Below, piece after piece: positions 63,929 through 64,000 of a stretch of DNA of 64,000 nt. A program made the position numbers and the translations under genes. The notes beneath the pieces are model-generated. The model was not told the DNA's origin and did not search any database. It saw only the letters and a program-made list of their open reading frames with translations. This DNA comes from Acidimicrobiia bacterium (lineage in GTDB: Bacteria > Actinomycetota > Acidimicrobiia > Acidimicrobiales > VFJN01). The stretch's first letter is position 1. Every line of letters begins with the position of its first letter. The DNA lies in contig JBKHYD010000034.1 in NCBI GenBank assembly GCA_046565645.1, positions 49,209 through 113,208 of the forward strand. Direction: 5' to 3'.

Positions 63929-64000
63929 CCCGTCGCCCTCGGCCGCCCCGTCGAGCTAGGCGGGCGGTGCGTGGCGGGGCCAGGGGGCGGTCTGCTCCCA

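Noticed and set aside
63957-64000. Possible 3' end of a minus-strand gene (reverse frame ...WEQTAPWPRHAPPA stop at 63957-63959).
   Set aside because: Only 14 codons are visible, so neither coding status nor function can be supported.

Overview
This is a very GC-rich, densely coding segment that looks like ordinary Actinomycetota core chromosome. Supporting gene content: SARP/AfsR regulator, HelD-type helicase, PAC2, a hemE-hemH-hemY set, DtxR-family regulator, Lnt, and many leaderless-type starts. The exact taxon cannot be proven from the sequence alone. I support about 60 CDS, 2 gene remnants, 1 frameshifted gene, 1 cobalamin riboswitch, several hairpin terminators, one coding tandem repeat and a recurrent -10-like signal. 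I saw no rRNA, tRNA, CRISPR array, transposase, integrase or intact mobile element. High GC makes the ORF track over-call: many listed ORFs are antisense or out-of-frame shadows, or carry long false N-terminal extensions. I trimmed starts using motif onset, SD or TANNNT signals and start/stop overlaps. Gene content in order: riboswitch-controlled BtuF/FecCD uptake genes; a DtxR-family regulator; an envelope-glycan block (flippase, two GT2, GT-C-like membrane protein, Gfo/Idh/MocA oxidoreductase, alkaline-phosphatase-family enzyme) interleaved with an Fe(III)-type ABC importer; HelD; heme genes; sortase; Lnt; Hsp20; ABC-F; assorted enzymes; a GT4/methyltransferase/prenyltransferase-like triad; glycosidases; an ABC exporter pair; a DrrAB-like pair plus kinase; a large SARP-STAND regulator; a CBS-citrate synthase fusion; YcnI; PAC2. 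No single feature is clearly a new system. The best candidates for follow-up are the GT4-MT-terpenoid-cyclase-fold operon with its alternative-pairing leader, the importer-ATPase-led glycosylation operon, the CBS-citrate synthase/GNAT pair, the 11-mer-repeat basic protein, and the SARP regulator with its divergent tandem-domain partner. All family names come from motif recognition by eye; no database search was run.
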